From Mobula hypostoma (Eukaryota), in NCBI RefSeq assembly GCF_963921235.1, contig NC_086103.1, forward strand, positions 76,074,001 through 76,138,000: a stretch of DNA of 64,000 nt, in the 5' to 3' direction. The translations under genes were made by a program, and so were the position numbers. The notes beneath the pieces were generated by a model. That model was not told the DNA's origin. It made no database searches and was given only the letters and a program-made list of their open reading frames with translations. Shown here piece by piece: positions 37,510-50,545 of this stretch; the first letter of the stretch is position 1, and each line of letters opens with the position of its first letter.

Positions 37510-38310
37510 GACTGGAGGTGTTCAGTATACAGAATAAGGTAGACGATCTTGCAGCACAGTTAGAGATTGGCAGGTCTGATGTTGTGGGCATATCTGAGTC
37601 ATGGCTGAAAGGAGATCATAGTTGGGAGCTTAACGTCCAAAGATAAACCTTGTGTCGAGAGGCCAGGCAGGTAGGTAGTATTCATTTTGAGAGGACTAGA
37701 ATACAAAATCAAGGATGTAATGATGAGGTTTTATAAGACATAGTCAGACCGCACGTGAAATATTGTGAGCAGTTTTGGGCCCCGAATCTAAGAAAAGATG
37801 TGTTGACATTGGAGAAGCTGCAGAGGAGGTTCACGAGAATAATCCCAAGAATGAAAGGCTAAACATATGAGGAGTGTTTGATGGCTCTAGGCTTGTATCT
37901 GCTGGAATTTAGAAGAATGAGGGAGGATCTCATTGAAAGCTATCAAATATGAAAGGCCTGGATAAAGTGCATGTGAAGAGGATAATTCCTATAGTGTGTG
38001 AGTCTAGGACCAGAGGGCACAGCCTCAGAATCGAGGGAAGTCCATTTAAAACAGAAACGAGGAAACATTTCTTTAGCCAGAGGGTGATGAATCTGTGGAA
38101 TTCATTGCCACAGACAGATGTACAGGCCAGTTCATTGGGTTTATTTAAGGTGGAGGTTGATAAAATTCTTGATTAATCGGGGCATCAAAGGTTATGGGGT
38201 GAAGACAGGAAAATGGGGTTGAGAAGGATAATAAATCAGCCATGACGAATTGGTGGAGCAAACTCAATAGACCGAATGGCCTAATTCTGCTCCATGTCTT
38301 ATGGTCTTCT
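37510..38310 (+). mobile_element. CR1 fragment (EN piece joined to 3' end)
   Basis: RTRGHSLRIEGSPFKTETRKHFFSQRVMNLWNSLP; CR1 tail. Confidence 0.82.
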
Positions 38311-39827
38311 TGAGCGGGCTCCTTCTGCAGATACCACCAAAGGTGGGGAGGGATGTGCCTGTGATGAATTGGGTTGAGTTCTGCAGCTTCTTCCTTTCCT
38401 GTGCATCCAGGTGACTGTACCAGACCATGATACAACTATTCAGCATACTTTACAGTTCATCTGTATAACTTGAGTAGATTGTTCGCTAACATGCCAAGCC
38501 TCCTGTGAAAATAAAAATATTAGTGCACTTTCCTTTTGATCGCATCTCCTGTATGTGCTGGGACCAGGACAGGGTATCTGATATGTTAATGCTCAGGCAC
38601 ATAAAGCTGCTTACTCTCTCCTCCATCAATACCTCAATATAGCTCATATATGTTCACTCTCTTTCTCTGTTGAAGTCAACAATCAGCTCGTTAGTTTTGC
38701 TGTCACTGAGCGAGAGGTTGTTTTTGTGGCATCATTCAAACAGGTGACCTATGCTGTTGGAATGGTGACCATCCACCTATGATTCATCCAGCAGCTGTAG
38801 TGTTGTCAGTGAATTAGCCAGAGACATACATGTTTAGAGAGTAGAGAAAGTGCCCAAGTGTGCAGCAGTGTTGATGGTCAGAGAGGAGCTGTTACCAATC
38901 CCCACTGATTGACTTCCTTGATTTGGAAGTTGAGTATCTAGTTGCAGAAGGGGGTACAGAGGTCCAGGACTTGATGATGAATTTGGATGGAAAGATGGGG
39001 TATTGAAAGGCAACCTGATATCTGAGTTCCTGTTGTCCAGATCGTCCAAAGCAGAGTGAAGAGGTGGAGAAATTGCATCTGCTGCTGACCTGTTTTGGCC
39101 ATAGACAAATTGGTGTGGATCCAGATCATCACTGAAGCTGGAGTGCTTTCATGCCATCCCGAAACAATTTATTATGGTTGATGTAAGTGCCACTGGATAG
39201 TAGTCATTGGAGCGGGTCACCACACTCATCTTGGGCACAAGTGCAATAGATGCCTTTTTAAAGCAGCTGGGAACCTCAGACAGAAGCAAAAGATGTTAAA
39301 TATTGAGTATGTAATACTCCACCTATTTGGTCTGCACAGATCTTTAGTTCTTGGCCAGGTATGCTTTCTGGATCAGATAATGTTTCATGGATTCACTCTT
39401 GAGGGGTGCCCAGATGTCAGCCTGAGAGACTGAAATTATGGGGTCACATGGAGATATGTTGGCATGTCATAGTTCTCATATCAAAGTTCATAAAAGGCAT
39501 TAAGCTAATCTGGGAGTGATGAGTCATTGTCGCAAGCTACCCACTTTTGTCTTGTAGGAAGTGATGTTGTGGAAGCCCTACCACAGCTGTACAGTGTCCG
39601 TCCATGATTCCAGATTAGTCTGAAATTGCCGTTTGTGTTCACAATAGCCTTTTAGAAGCCATAGCTGTACTTGTAAGACTCTGGCCAACAGATCTAGCCC
39701 TCATCAGATGATGGATCTCCTGGTTTATCCAGGGCTTCTGGTTGTGGAAGACTCAGAAGAGTTTTGTGGGGACACCCTCATCTGTACATTTTCTTAAGAA
39801 GTTGGTAATGACTGTGGCATACACAGA

Positions 39828-40860
39828 TCAACACACACAAAATGCTGGAGGAACTGAGCAGGTCAGGCAGCATCTATGAAAATGAATAAACAGGCAACAT
39901 TTTCGGCCGAGACTCTTAATCGGGACTGGAAAGGAAGGGAGTTCAAAGGTTCAAAGGTCAAATTTAATGTCAGAGAAATGTATACAATATACATCTTGAA
40001 ATGCTTTTTCTTCGCAAACATCCACGAAAACGGAGGAGTGCCCCAAAGAATGAACGACAGTTAACCATGAGAACCCCAAAGTCCCCCCCAGCTCCCCCCT
40101 CCCGCACGTAAGCGGTGGCAAACAACGATCACCCCCTCCCCCCACCAGCAAAATAAATGCGCATCCAAGTTACCCCAAAGGCCTCGCATTTCATCTGAAA
40201 TTCGACAACCCACAGGTTCTCTCTCTCCCTGGTAAGGGAGAGGGAGGTGGCCCCATTTTCACAGCGAGCAGGGAGACATAACAACAACCTGCTGGTTTAC
40301 GATGTTAAAAGTCCGTGTCGTTGCTTTTTTCGAGCTCTGTGTCTGAAGATTGCAAAGACCTCACATCTTTGGGCCCATAGCGAAAGATTTTCTGGCCTCC
40401 CTGACGACGGACGAGTCTCCGGCCATGACACCAACCCTCGATCCGCCCATCTCCAGAGCCCTGAGATCTTAAGCTTCCGAACACAATCAAGACTCTCAGG
40501 CCAAACTCTTGGCATGTCGAATAGGCAGCAGAATAAAAAGGTGGGCGGAGAGGAAGGAGGACAAGCTAAAAGGTGACGGGTGCAGATTTGTGGGTGGGAA
40601 AGGTAAAGGGCTGGAGAAGAAGGAATCTGATAGGAAATGAGAGTGGACCATGGGAGAAAGGGAAGAAGGCATCAGGGGAGGTGATAGGTAGGTGAGGAGA
40701 AGAGGTAAGAGACTAGAGTGGAGACTATAAGAAAAAGGAAGGGTTCGAGGAAAGGTAAAAAAGAAAGGAAAGAAGAGTACTGGAAGGAGAAATCGATGTT
40801 CATGCTGCCATGTTGGAGCTACCTAGACAGAATATGAGGTGTTACTCATCCACCCTGAGA
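39828..40860 (-). mobile_element. Penelope-like 3' fragment split by a family-B insert
   Basis: caacacacacaaaatgctggaggaact terminus; continues at ~40527 and resembles 7600-7950. Confidence 0.78.
39941..40525 (-). mobile_element. Non-coding retroposon family B (also 62456-62875 on - and ~16955-17125 on +)
   Basis: Shared GC-rich body and 3' end gatgtatattgtatacatttctctgacattaaa(tttgaacc)n. Confidence 0.72.
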
Positions 40861-41094
40861 GTAGCATATCCATTTAGGTTCTTTGATGAATCCTTGAATG
40901 TGTTCCAGTTCACTGACTTGAAGCAATCCTGAATTTGCTTCTTGGCTTCCACTGTCCTGCTCTTCATAGTCTTCTTCATCACTGCTGCACTCTGCAGCTC
41001 TGTCTGTGGAGGTAGAAGAAGCACGGCCAGGTGGTTGGATTGACCGAAGTGCAGGTGAGGGATGGACCAGTAGGTGTCCTTAATGGTGGTGTAA

Positions 41095-44000
41095 ACATCC
41101 TCTCCACATCCACTCTGTCGAAGCCTTTCAATTTTCGATAGATCTCAATGAGATCCCCTTCATTCTGCTAAACCCCAGCAAGTACAGGCCCAGAATTATC
41201 AAATGCTCCTCACATGTTAACTCTTCCATTCCCACAATCATTCTTGTGAATCTCCTCTGAAACCTCTACAGTGTCAGCACATCTTTTCTTCGGTAAGGGA
41301 TCCAGAACAGCTTACTCTGACCAATGCTTATGAAGCCTCAGTATTACATCATTGCTTTAATATTATTTTCTTCTCTAAATGAATGCTAACATTGCATTTG
41401 ACTTCTTACTACCAACTCAACCTGCAAGTTAACCTTTAGGGAATCCTGCGCAAGGATTCCATAAGTCCCTTGCACCTTTGTATGTTGAATTTTCTCACCG
41501 TTTAGAAAACAGACTGTGCCTTTATTCCTTTTACCAAAGGCTCTGACCATACACTTCCCTACACTATACTCCATCATCCTCCTCTTTGCCCATTCTCCCA
41601 ATCAGTCCAAGTCTTTCTGCAGACTCCCTGCTTCCCCAACACCACCTGCCCTTCCACTTACCTTTGTACCGTCTGCAGAGTTGGCCAGAAATCTATCAAT
41701 TCTGTAATCAAATCATTGACCAACAACGTGAGAAGTAGTGGTCCCAATTCCAAACCCTGTGGAACACCACTTGTCACCAGCAACCATCCAGAAAATGCCC
41801 TCTTTATTCTGACTCTTCGCCTTCCACCAATCCATGCTAATATCTTTCCTGTAATACATTGGGCTCTTATCTCGTTAAGCAGCCTCATGTGCAGCATCTT
41901 GTCAAAGCCCTTCTGAAAATTCAAGTAAACAACATCTACGGACTCTCATTTGTCAATCCTGCCTATTATTTCCTCATGAATTCCAATAGATTTGTTAGGC
42001 AATATTTCCCCTGAAGGAATCCATGCTGACTTGGCTACTTTATCATGCACCTCCAAGTACTCCAAAACCTCATCCTTAATAATTGGGTCCAACATCTTCC
42101 CAACCAATATAGTCAGGCTAACTGGACTAAAACTTCCTTTCTTCTGTCTCTCTCACTTCTTAAAGAGTGGAGTGACTTTTGCAATTTTCCAGTCCACCGG
42201 ACCCATTCCAGAATCTAGTGATTCTTGACAGATCATTATTAGTGCCTCCACAATCTCTTCACTGCCTCTTTCAGAACCCTGGGGTGTAGTCCATCTGGTC
42301 CAGGTGACCTATCTACCTTCAGATGTTTCAGCTTTCCAAGCACATTCTCCTTTGTAGTAGCAACTACATTCACTTCTGTGAATTTTTTGAGGATGTAACT
42401 AGTAGAGTGGATAGGGGTGAACCAGTGGATGTGGTATATTTGGATTTTCAAAAGGCTTTTGACAAGGTCCCACACAGGAGATTAGTGTGCAAACTTAAAG
42501 CACACGGTATTGGGGGTAAGGTATTGGTGTGGGTGGAGAATTGGTTAGCAGACAGGAAGCAAAGAGTGGGATTAAACGGGACCTTTTCAGAATGGCAGGC
42601 AGTGACTAGTGGGGTACCGCAAGGCTCAGTGCTGGGACCCCAGTTGTTTACAATATATATTAATGACTTAGACGAGGGAATTAAATGCAGCATCTCCAAG
42701 TTTGCGGATGACACGAAGCTGGGCGGCAGTGTTAGCTGTGAGGAGGATGCTAAGAGGATGCAGGGTGACTTGGATAGGTTGGGTGAGTGGGCAAATTCAA
42801 GGCAGATGCAATTTAATGTGGATAAATGTGAAGTTATCCACTTTGGTGGCAAAAATAGGAAAACAGATTATTATCTGAATAGTGGCCGATTAGGAAAAGG
42901 GGAGGTGCAATGAGACCTGGGTGTCATTATACACCAGTCATTGAAAGTGGGCATGCAGGTACAGCAGGTGGTGAAAAAGGCAAATGGTATGCTGGCATTT
43001 ATAGCGAGAGGATTCGAGTACAGGAGCAGGGAGATACTACTGCAGTTGTACAAGGCCTTGGTGAGATCACATCCTTGCCATAGAGGGAGTACAAAGAAGG
43101 TTCACCAGATTGATTCCTGGGATGGCAGGACTTTCATATGAAGAAAGACTGGAGAAACTGGGCTTGTACTCGTTGGAATTTAGAAGATTGAGGGGGGATC
43201 TGATTGAAACGTATAAAATCCTAAAGGGATTGGACAGGCTAGATGCAGGAAGATTGTTCCCGATGTTGGGGAAGTCCAGAACGAGGGGTCACAGTTTGAG
43301 GATAAAGGGGAAGCCTTTTAGGACCGAGATTAGGAAAAACTTCTTCACACAGAGAGTGGTGAATCTGTGGAATTATCTGCCACAGGAAACAGTTGAGGCC
43401 AGTTCATTGGCTATATTTAAGAGGGAGTTAGATACGGCCCTCGTGGCTATGGGGATCAGGGGGTATGGAGGGAAGGCTGGTGCAGGGTTCTGAGTTGGAT
43501 GATCAGCCATGATCATAATAAATGGCGGTGCAGGCGCGAAGGGCCGAATGGCTTACTCCTGCACCTATTTTCTATGTTTTCTATGATAGTCTCGAAATTC
43601 TTGCATACTGCTCATGTCTTCCACAGTGAAGACTGATGCAAGTTTGTCCGACATTTCTTTGTCTCCCAGTACTACCTCTCCAGCATCATTTTCCAGTGGT
43701 CCAATATTCACGCTCACCTCTCTTTTGCTCTTTATATATCTTAATAAACTTTTGGTATCCTCTTTCCTCTCCTTATGTTTTTTTAGTTGCCTTTTGTTGG
43801 TATTTAAAGGCTTCCCAATCCTCTAATCTCCAACTAATTTTTGCTATATTTTATGCTCTCTTGTTTGCTTTTATGCTTTCTTTGACTTCCCTTATCATCT
43901 ACGGTTGCCTGATCCTCCCTTTGTTTAAACCCTCTCCAACAATTCTAGTAAGGATATTGGTCCCCCTCGAATTCAGATGTAACCCATCCTTTTTGAACAG

Positions 44001-44255
44001 GCCGTACCTTCCTCAAAAGAGATCCCAATGATCCAGAAAACTGAAACCCTGCCTCCTGCACCACTTCCTCACCATCATCTTATTCCTGATCCGATGAGTA
44101 CGTGGCACTGGGAGTAATCCAGACATTACTATCTTGTAGGTCCTGTTCTTCAGCTTTTTACCTAATGCGTATGCTCACTGTGCAGGACCTCTTCCCCTTC
44201 CTATCAATTGCCAATGTTCACCACGACCTCTGGCTGCTCACCCTCCCTCTTGTAC
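41095..44255 (-). mobile_element. Older CR1 LINE hosting a young CR1
   Basis: NFQKGFDKM, TSGVPQGLELGP, SPGPDGLHPRVLKE; ORF1 esterase DGLHLN region at ~43960. Confidence 0.82.
42379..43585 (+). mobile_element. Young CR1 LINE, 5'-truncated RT plus 3' end
   Basis: VYLDFQKAFDKVPH, SGVPQGSVLGP, KFADDTKL; one stop and a small internal deletion near 43070; ttctatg tail. Confidence 0.95.
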
Positions 44256-44537
44256 CACTTGTATGTCCACTCTGATAACTTTACCATAAAACAGACACCT
44301 CCAAATTTTCCCTTACCTGACACTGCTGTCAGGTTCATGAGGTGGATTGTAAAACCCTTGGGCTGGAGGGCTGGGTCAGGCGAGTTGTGAGTGAGCCTGG
44401 GCTCTGTGAAACAGAATAAACACTGTTCCCCTTTGATAAGGCAATCTTGCTCTGGTGTAACCTTATTTTCAGGGAGGATGTGAGGAACATTGAGGAGGAT
44501 GCCTTTGTTGACACCATCTGTATATTTCTAAGCTCAA

Positions 44538-44815
44538 AGTTCATAGTGAATGTATTATTAAAGTACATACATGCCACTATATATATAACCTTGAGATTCA
44601 TTTTCTTGTGGGAATACTCAATAAATCCAGTAACCATTGTAGAATCAATGAAAGACCACATGCAATAGGGCGGACAACCAGCGTGCACAAGACAACAGAT
44701 TGTACAAATACAAAAAAAAATAAGAAATACTAATAGTAAATAAATAAGCAATAATTATCGAGAACATGAAATGAGGAGTCCTTAAAAGTGACTCCATACA
44801 TTGTGGGAGCAGTTC
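44538..44815 (-). mobile_element. Rex1/Babar-like 3' UTR
   Basis: Reverse complement of the 2520-2770 type of tail. Confidence 0.7.
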
Positions 44816-45199
44816 CTAGCACCAGGGCCAGGTGATTTTGAGCTGGGAATGTTAGGATCCCAAGCATTCCCATATGTATATGTATACAGTATATACACAC
44901 CAAAGCATGTGCACTTCTTCCGTCTGTAAATAATTCAGAAACTGATAGTTCTTTTCATTAAGCTCCTTCATAAATCTTGAATTAAGCACTCTTCCCTCCG
45001 TAATACATCTGTTTCTGCTTTCTACTTTAATTGCACACAATATTGTTGAAGTAAGAACTCTGCGGAATCGAGTCTGGTGCTTGTTATTGTAGCGAGGACT
45101 GTTCCGCTGGTGCCCTCAGTCACTAGTTTACAAGCTGGTTATCTTGCTGCTGTTAGGTTTCGCTTGCCGCTAACATCGTCCATCTCCTATGTTGCCCAG

Positions 45200-45347
45200 G
45201 GTCAAGGAGTGCTGTCGGACAAGTTGCGGAGTTTCAGTATGCAGGACCTGACGCTGCTCCGCGATGAGGACTCTATCCACCCGCGCAGCACCGACTCCCA
45301 CATGAGAACATCCACAGCCAACCTTCTGGAAACAATAAGTGATTCTG
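45200..45347 (+). CDS. REEP2: REEP2 coding exon (exon 6 equivalent), 148 nt
   Basis: gcccag|GGTCAA...TCTG|gtacat; GQGVLSDKLRSFSMQDLTLLRDEDSIHPRSTDSHMRTSTANLLETISDS, containing the LRSFSMQDL motif; ends in phase 1. Confidence 0.93.
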
Positions 45348-47299
45348 GTACATTTAGTGAAAACAGTCACTCAGGGCACATTATTCCTCTTGTCATTAAG
45401 CTAACCACATGAGTAAACACAAGCAACTTGGATGAACCAGAGTTCTGTTCTGTTCCTTCATAAGACAAGCTCAGAGTTGATAGATTAGTGATACGTCAAA
45501 GCATCCATTCACTATTTCAATCAGATTGGGGGTTCATGTACTGTCATTTACCCATTATTCCATGTTTCTAACTCGAATATGAAGGAGCATTCTGCAGCAT
45601 TACACAGCTCCTGGCTGCAAGTTGGATCATAGTTGGTGTCACATTATTGTTCTAGAATGGAACTGGCTTTTGAAAAGTGGGCGCAAAACTCAGCACAATT
45701 TCCAGCCTTTAGAAAAGGGTAGTTAAATTATTAAAAGTCATTGCTGCTTTTGTCTGTAGTTACAGACATTGCCTCTTTGTCTTGAATAAGCATGGTTGCA
45801 GTACAGTAGGAGTTTGTGATAGATGGTTTTAGTCTACCATGGCATTGATTTTGTGTACTATATCATTCTGTTTTGAGAACATCTAACATTAGCTAACATG
45901 TTTCAATGATCAGCTCAGGAATTAATTGTTTGATAAATTGAATCTGGCATCTTCTAGTATCATTAATAGACAAAATTTTAAATACACCTATAGTTGTATA
46001 TAATCATGGAAGCATCACTTGTTACATTTGTATTAAATATGGGTAATTTTGACCATGCAACAGGATAAAACATCTTAAAGTGAATGCACAACATTCTTTG
46101 CACAACACCAGCCTGTTATTTTCGATGTAAATAATATTGCAAGGGGTTTAAAATTGGTTGCTAATTTGCCAACATCCACTTTACATTAAGGTCAAAATGG
46201 CCACATTTGTGTTAAGGATTTTCTCTGTAAATTTACTGTACTTGACAATTGGATTTGTAGCTAGGCAACATTGTAAACTTCAAGTGGGTTTGCATTTATT
46301 GTGTCCTAAAGAACAAAATGGTTTGACACAGTAATGCAGGGTTCCTGTTTGTGCAGTGCCTTCGCATCACAGGGTTACTACATAGTCTGAAAAAGAGGTG
46401 GCTTGCCTGAGTAAACAAAGATGAGTTACATGGCTGCACTTGGGCTAAAACTTCTCAGCTTCCACTGCACTGTATGTGTACAGAATCCTGACAAGCTCCT
46501 TTACAACTGGTTGGGCATTAGCACAACTCTTGAGTGAGCCAGGATAATTCTAAATTCTACCCTCTTTGTTATTCACGAGGTTTCTCCTTGTTGTGTCACT
46601 GGTGCAGGCAGGTAAGGAGCTCAAAACACCATCCTGTGCCAGAAGTTTTTGGATAAAGACATTTGGAAGCAGTTGATATATTAGAGGAGAACAGTGCATG
46701 CTCTGTTATCTATGAGAGTGCGAGGTTTTCAGTTAGACTGTGCCAAGACTGTTGGGGAGAGAATTAACATAGCAGACAATGCGTAACGAGGTTTTGATGT
46801 TCAAGAGAAAAGAATTTTCCAGTTTGGTCTGGAATAAGCAGGGAAAGTGCACATGCACAACACACGCTAAGTGTAATCTTATTTCTGTGTTGTTAATAAA
46901 CCCTGCTACAGTAAATGGGCAAAAAACTTCCCCAGATAAGGGCCTAAGACTTGCAACTGTGTTAACACTCGTTAAAAGTTTCTGATTTATTCCAAACTCT
47001 GGGCATAACTTAAATGGAGTGTCGTGAGGTACTGGTCAGGAGTACTTCACCAGAATCATCTGGTATATTTAGACAGATGGTTTATAGTCAAATGATAAGA
47101 TTACTTCACTTAAAAACATTTTCTGCAGTTTGTACCTAAGCATACCTTTACCTCCCAGATGCACAGCTTTAATTTCCCTGGCACACAGCCTTACTAAGGG
47201 TAAAAGAGAGATAAAGTTAAATTCTCTCAGTCCAACTGAATCTATTACAAAGGAAGTTCACTGAATTTCTACATACTACACATTCATGTCCCATTATCA

Positions 47300-48400
47300 G
47301 AAACAGAAGCAGCTTCCCATGCCCCGTGCCTGTTACTCCATTCAGTAAGTCATGGCTAATCTTCTATTATTGGCACCACTATCCTGCACTATATAGCCTT
47401 TGAGTTCCTCAATATTAAAAAAGAATATCAATGTGTTTGAATATACTCTGCAACTGGGCCTCCCCAGCCCTCTTGAGTAGAGAATTCCAAAGATTTACAA
47501 GTGTTCATTTATCACAAGTATCTCCTTCCTTAAATGGAAAGCCAAGCCTGAGCACAATATTCTACATATGGTTTCCAGGACCCTATATAACTGATGCAAA
47601 GGTTTCTACTTTTGTACTCTTATCCTCCTGCAGGGTAGACCAATGTCCCACTTGCTTGCTGAACGGAATTGTAACTGTCTCTAACTAAAACAGAAAATGT
47701 AGGAAGGACTTAGCCAGTTGAAAACCTCATTTCTACGGAAGAGACCCTGATACCCATTGACTAGATCTTCTTTCCACAGATGCTTTTTGACTGACTGAAT
47801 TGTTCCAGCATCTTCTGTTTTTGTTTCACACACCAGCATCTGCAGCTTCCTGGTTTGTAAGCTTTCTTTGATTTGTGTGCAAAGTCTGAAGTTTCTCTGA
47901 ACAAGACCTTTATATAAGTAAGGTTGAAAGAGTCCAGAGAAAATTTACGAGGATGTTTTCGGGTTTGGAGGACCTGAGTTATAAGTAAAGATTGAATAGG
48001 TTAGAACATTATTCTTTGCAACGTAGAAGACTGAAGGAAGATTTGATAGAGGTATACAAAATTATGAAGGGTATAGATAGGGTAGATGCAAGCAGGCTTT
48101 TTCCATTGAGTTTGGGTGGGACTACAACCAGAGGTCAAGGGTTGAGGGTGAAAGGTGAAAAATTTAAGGGGAACTTGAGGGAAACTTCTTCACTCAGAGG
48201 GTCGTGAGAGTGTGGAATGAGCTGCCAGCACAAGCAGTGCATGGGAGCTCGATTTCAATGTTTAAGAGAAGTTTAGATAGGTACATGGATGGTAGGGGTA
48301 TGGAGGGATATGGTCCAAGTGCAGTTTAAATGGTTCGGCATGGACTAGATTGGCCAAAGGGCCTGGTTTTGTGCTGTACTTTTCAATGGCTCTGTGACTC
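47300..48400. mobile_element. Old CR1 (-), inverted PLE termini (47685-47860) and CR1 3' end (+, 47920-48400)
   Basis: YSLQRRRLKEDLIEVYKIMKGIDRV; PLE-end motif tccacagatgct...ccagcatctgcag. Confidence 0.65.
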
Positions 48401-49699
48401 CAGTCTCTCATCTTTCTAAGCAGGAAATATTTTCCACACATTAAGCATGGACTCCTTCACATCCTGATACCTACTCTCCCAGCTCTGCCACGGCCATTCT
48501 GCCCATCCATACCCAAGCTGAATCATGCCAAGAAATCAGTCAGCTTCAGAGCACCGCACCCAATTCTCGATGTCACTTCATGATTGCATACCCTCAGTAT
48601 GTGACAGACCAAAGCCATGAGAAGAAGAGTCTTAGGCCTTGGTCCAGTGCAGTTTGTAATAGAAAAAGCTCCTCCTTAGGCATTGCTATTACGTCCTTTG
48701 TGATGTTTCTCCTTGTTGGTTAGCAATGCATATATATTTAGGATTCTTTTATGATATTGACAAAGAATGAGGCTGGATGCAGGTCGATGGGTCCAGACAG
48801 ATTAATGGTTCAGCACAGACTAGATAGGCCGAAGGGCCTGTTTCTGTGCTGTACTGCTCTATGACTCTATGCAGCACATAAAGTTCATCGTTCTGTGAGC
48901 ACTGCTGAGTCTTTAGGATTTGCCGTATGACAGCCAAGGAGGTCTTGCTGATAACCTCCAGATTTTAAGGTGAATGTGATAGAGAGAATCCTAAAATAGG
49001 GCAGAGGTTATGAAACCTGATAAACAATTATTCCAATTAAACACCTAAAGCAGACTAAAAGTGCGCCCATTTAGAACGGAGATGAGGAGGATTTCTTTAA
49101 TCAGAGGATGGAGAATCTATGGAATTCATTGCATGAAGTAGGCAGGAGAATGGAGTTGAGAGCAAAAACTAAATTAGTCATGATTGAATGGCGGAGCAGA
49201 CTCAATGGGCTGAATACTCCTATTTGTATGTCTTACGGTTTTCTTCTGAACTGACACTAAATACTTCAAACACTGATGATTCTACCCATGTTCACAGTAT
49301 GCAACGATCTCCAACAGTGAGGTGAGGCCTAGCAATATTAGGCCTCATGAAAAGTCATTTTATATAAAAAGAAACTGATAGTGAATACATTATGAATATT
49401 TCTGTGAGTGAGATATAAAATGTGCACGAATACATTTTGAAGGCTTTTTTATAATTCTTTTATATTTCTGTTGATACAATTGAAGCACTTAATGCTTTTG
49501 AGTGTTACATTGATTACATTGATTTGATGGATTCTACCCCACTGTCAATGCTTTAACTCTTCCTTTTCTCCTCTTGCCTTCAATTGGAAAATATGTGTAA
49601 GTTTCATCTTTTTTTATCATGTTTGTAATTTTTCTACTCAATGTAATAAAAATCAGGACTTATACTTTATTATAAGGAAAATTCCTCTTTACTGAATTT

Positions 49700-50545
49700 G
49701 CAAAGTCAGATTTATTATCACTGACAAATGTTCTGTGGCAGCAGTACGATGCAATGCACAAAAGTTATCACAACTTACAATAAGAAATATAAAAAAGTAG
49801 TGTTCATGGGTTCATGGACTGTTCAGAAATCTAGTGGCGGAGGGGAAGAAGCTATTCCCAAAATGTTGAGTCTTCAGACTCCTGTATGTCTTCCACGATA
49901 GTAGCAATGAGAAGAGGGCGTGTCATGAATAATGATGGATGCCACCTTCTTGAGGCACCGCGTTTTGAAGATGTCATTGATAGTAGAGAGGCCAGTGCCC
50001 AGGATGAAGCCAGCTGAGCCTATAATCCTCCGCATCTTTTTCTTGATCTTGTGCATTGCAGCCTCCATATCAGGTGGTGAAGCACCCAGTCAGCAAGCTT
50101 TCCACCGTACGTGTGTTAGAATTTTGCTAGAGTCTTTGCTGATATACCAAATCTCCTCAAATTCCCGATGAAGCATGTCTTCTTCATGATTACATCAATG
50201 TTTGGCCCAGGATAGATCGTCTGAGATACTGATGCCCAGGAACTAAAGCTGCTCACCCTTTCCACTAGTGATCCCTCCATGAGGACTGATGCGTGTACAC
50301 CCAACTTCCCCTTCCTGAAGTTCACAATCAATTCCTTGGTCTTATTGACATTGAGTGCAAGGTTGTTATTGCAATACCACTCAACCAACTGATCTATCTC
50401 ACTCCTGTACACCCCCTCATCATCACCTGAGATTCTGCTAATAATAAATGTGTCATCAGTGAGTTTATAGTTGGTGTTTGTGCTGTGCATAAGCACGCAG
50501 TAATGAGTGTAGAGAGAGTCGAGCAGTAGACTGAGCACGCATTCA
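49700..50545 (-). mobile_element. Rex1/Babar-like RT and 3' fragment
   Basis: YKLTDDT...YRSEIDQLVEWYCNNNLALNVNKTKELIVNFRK. Confidence 0.82.

Larger units (their letters stand above)
38345..41095 (-). mobile_element. Decayed Rex1/Babar-like LINE hosting PLE and family-B inserts
   Basis: CIMVWYS; HLFTLLWTIWT (RT region); MLLLP...DCFKSVNWNTFKDS (EN-linker); host text resumes at ~40860. Confidence 0.7.

Noticed and set aside
46580-46611. Possible microexon ending at CAG|GTAAGG
   Set aside because: Poor acceptor (GAG), 32 nt is out of frame and there is no recognisable REEP homology
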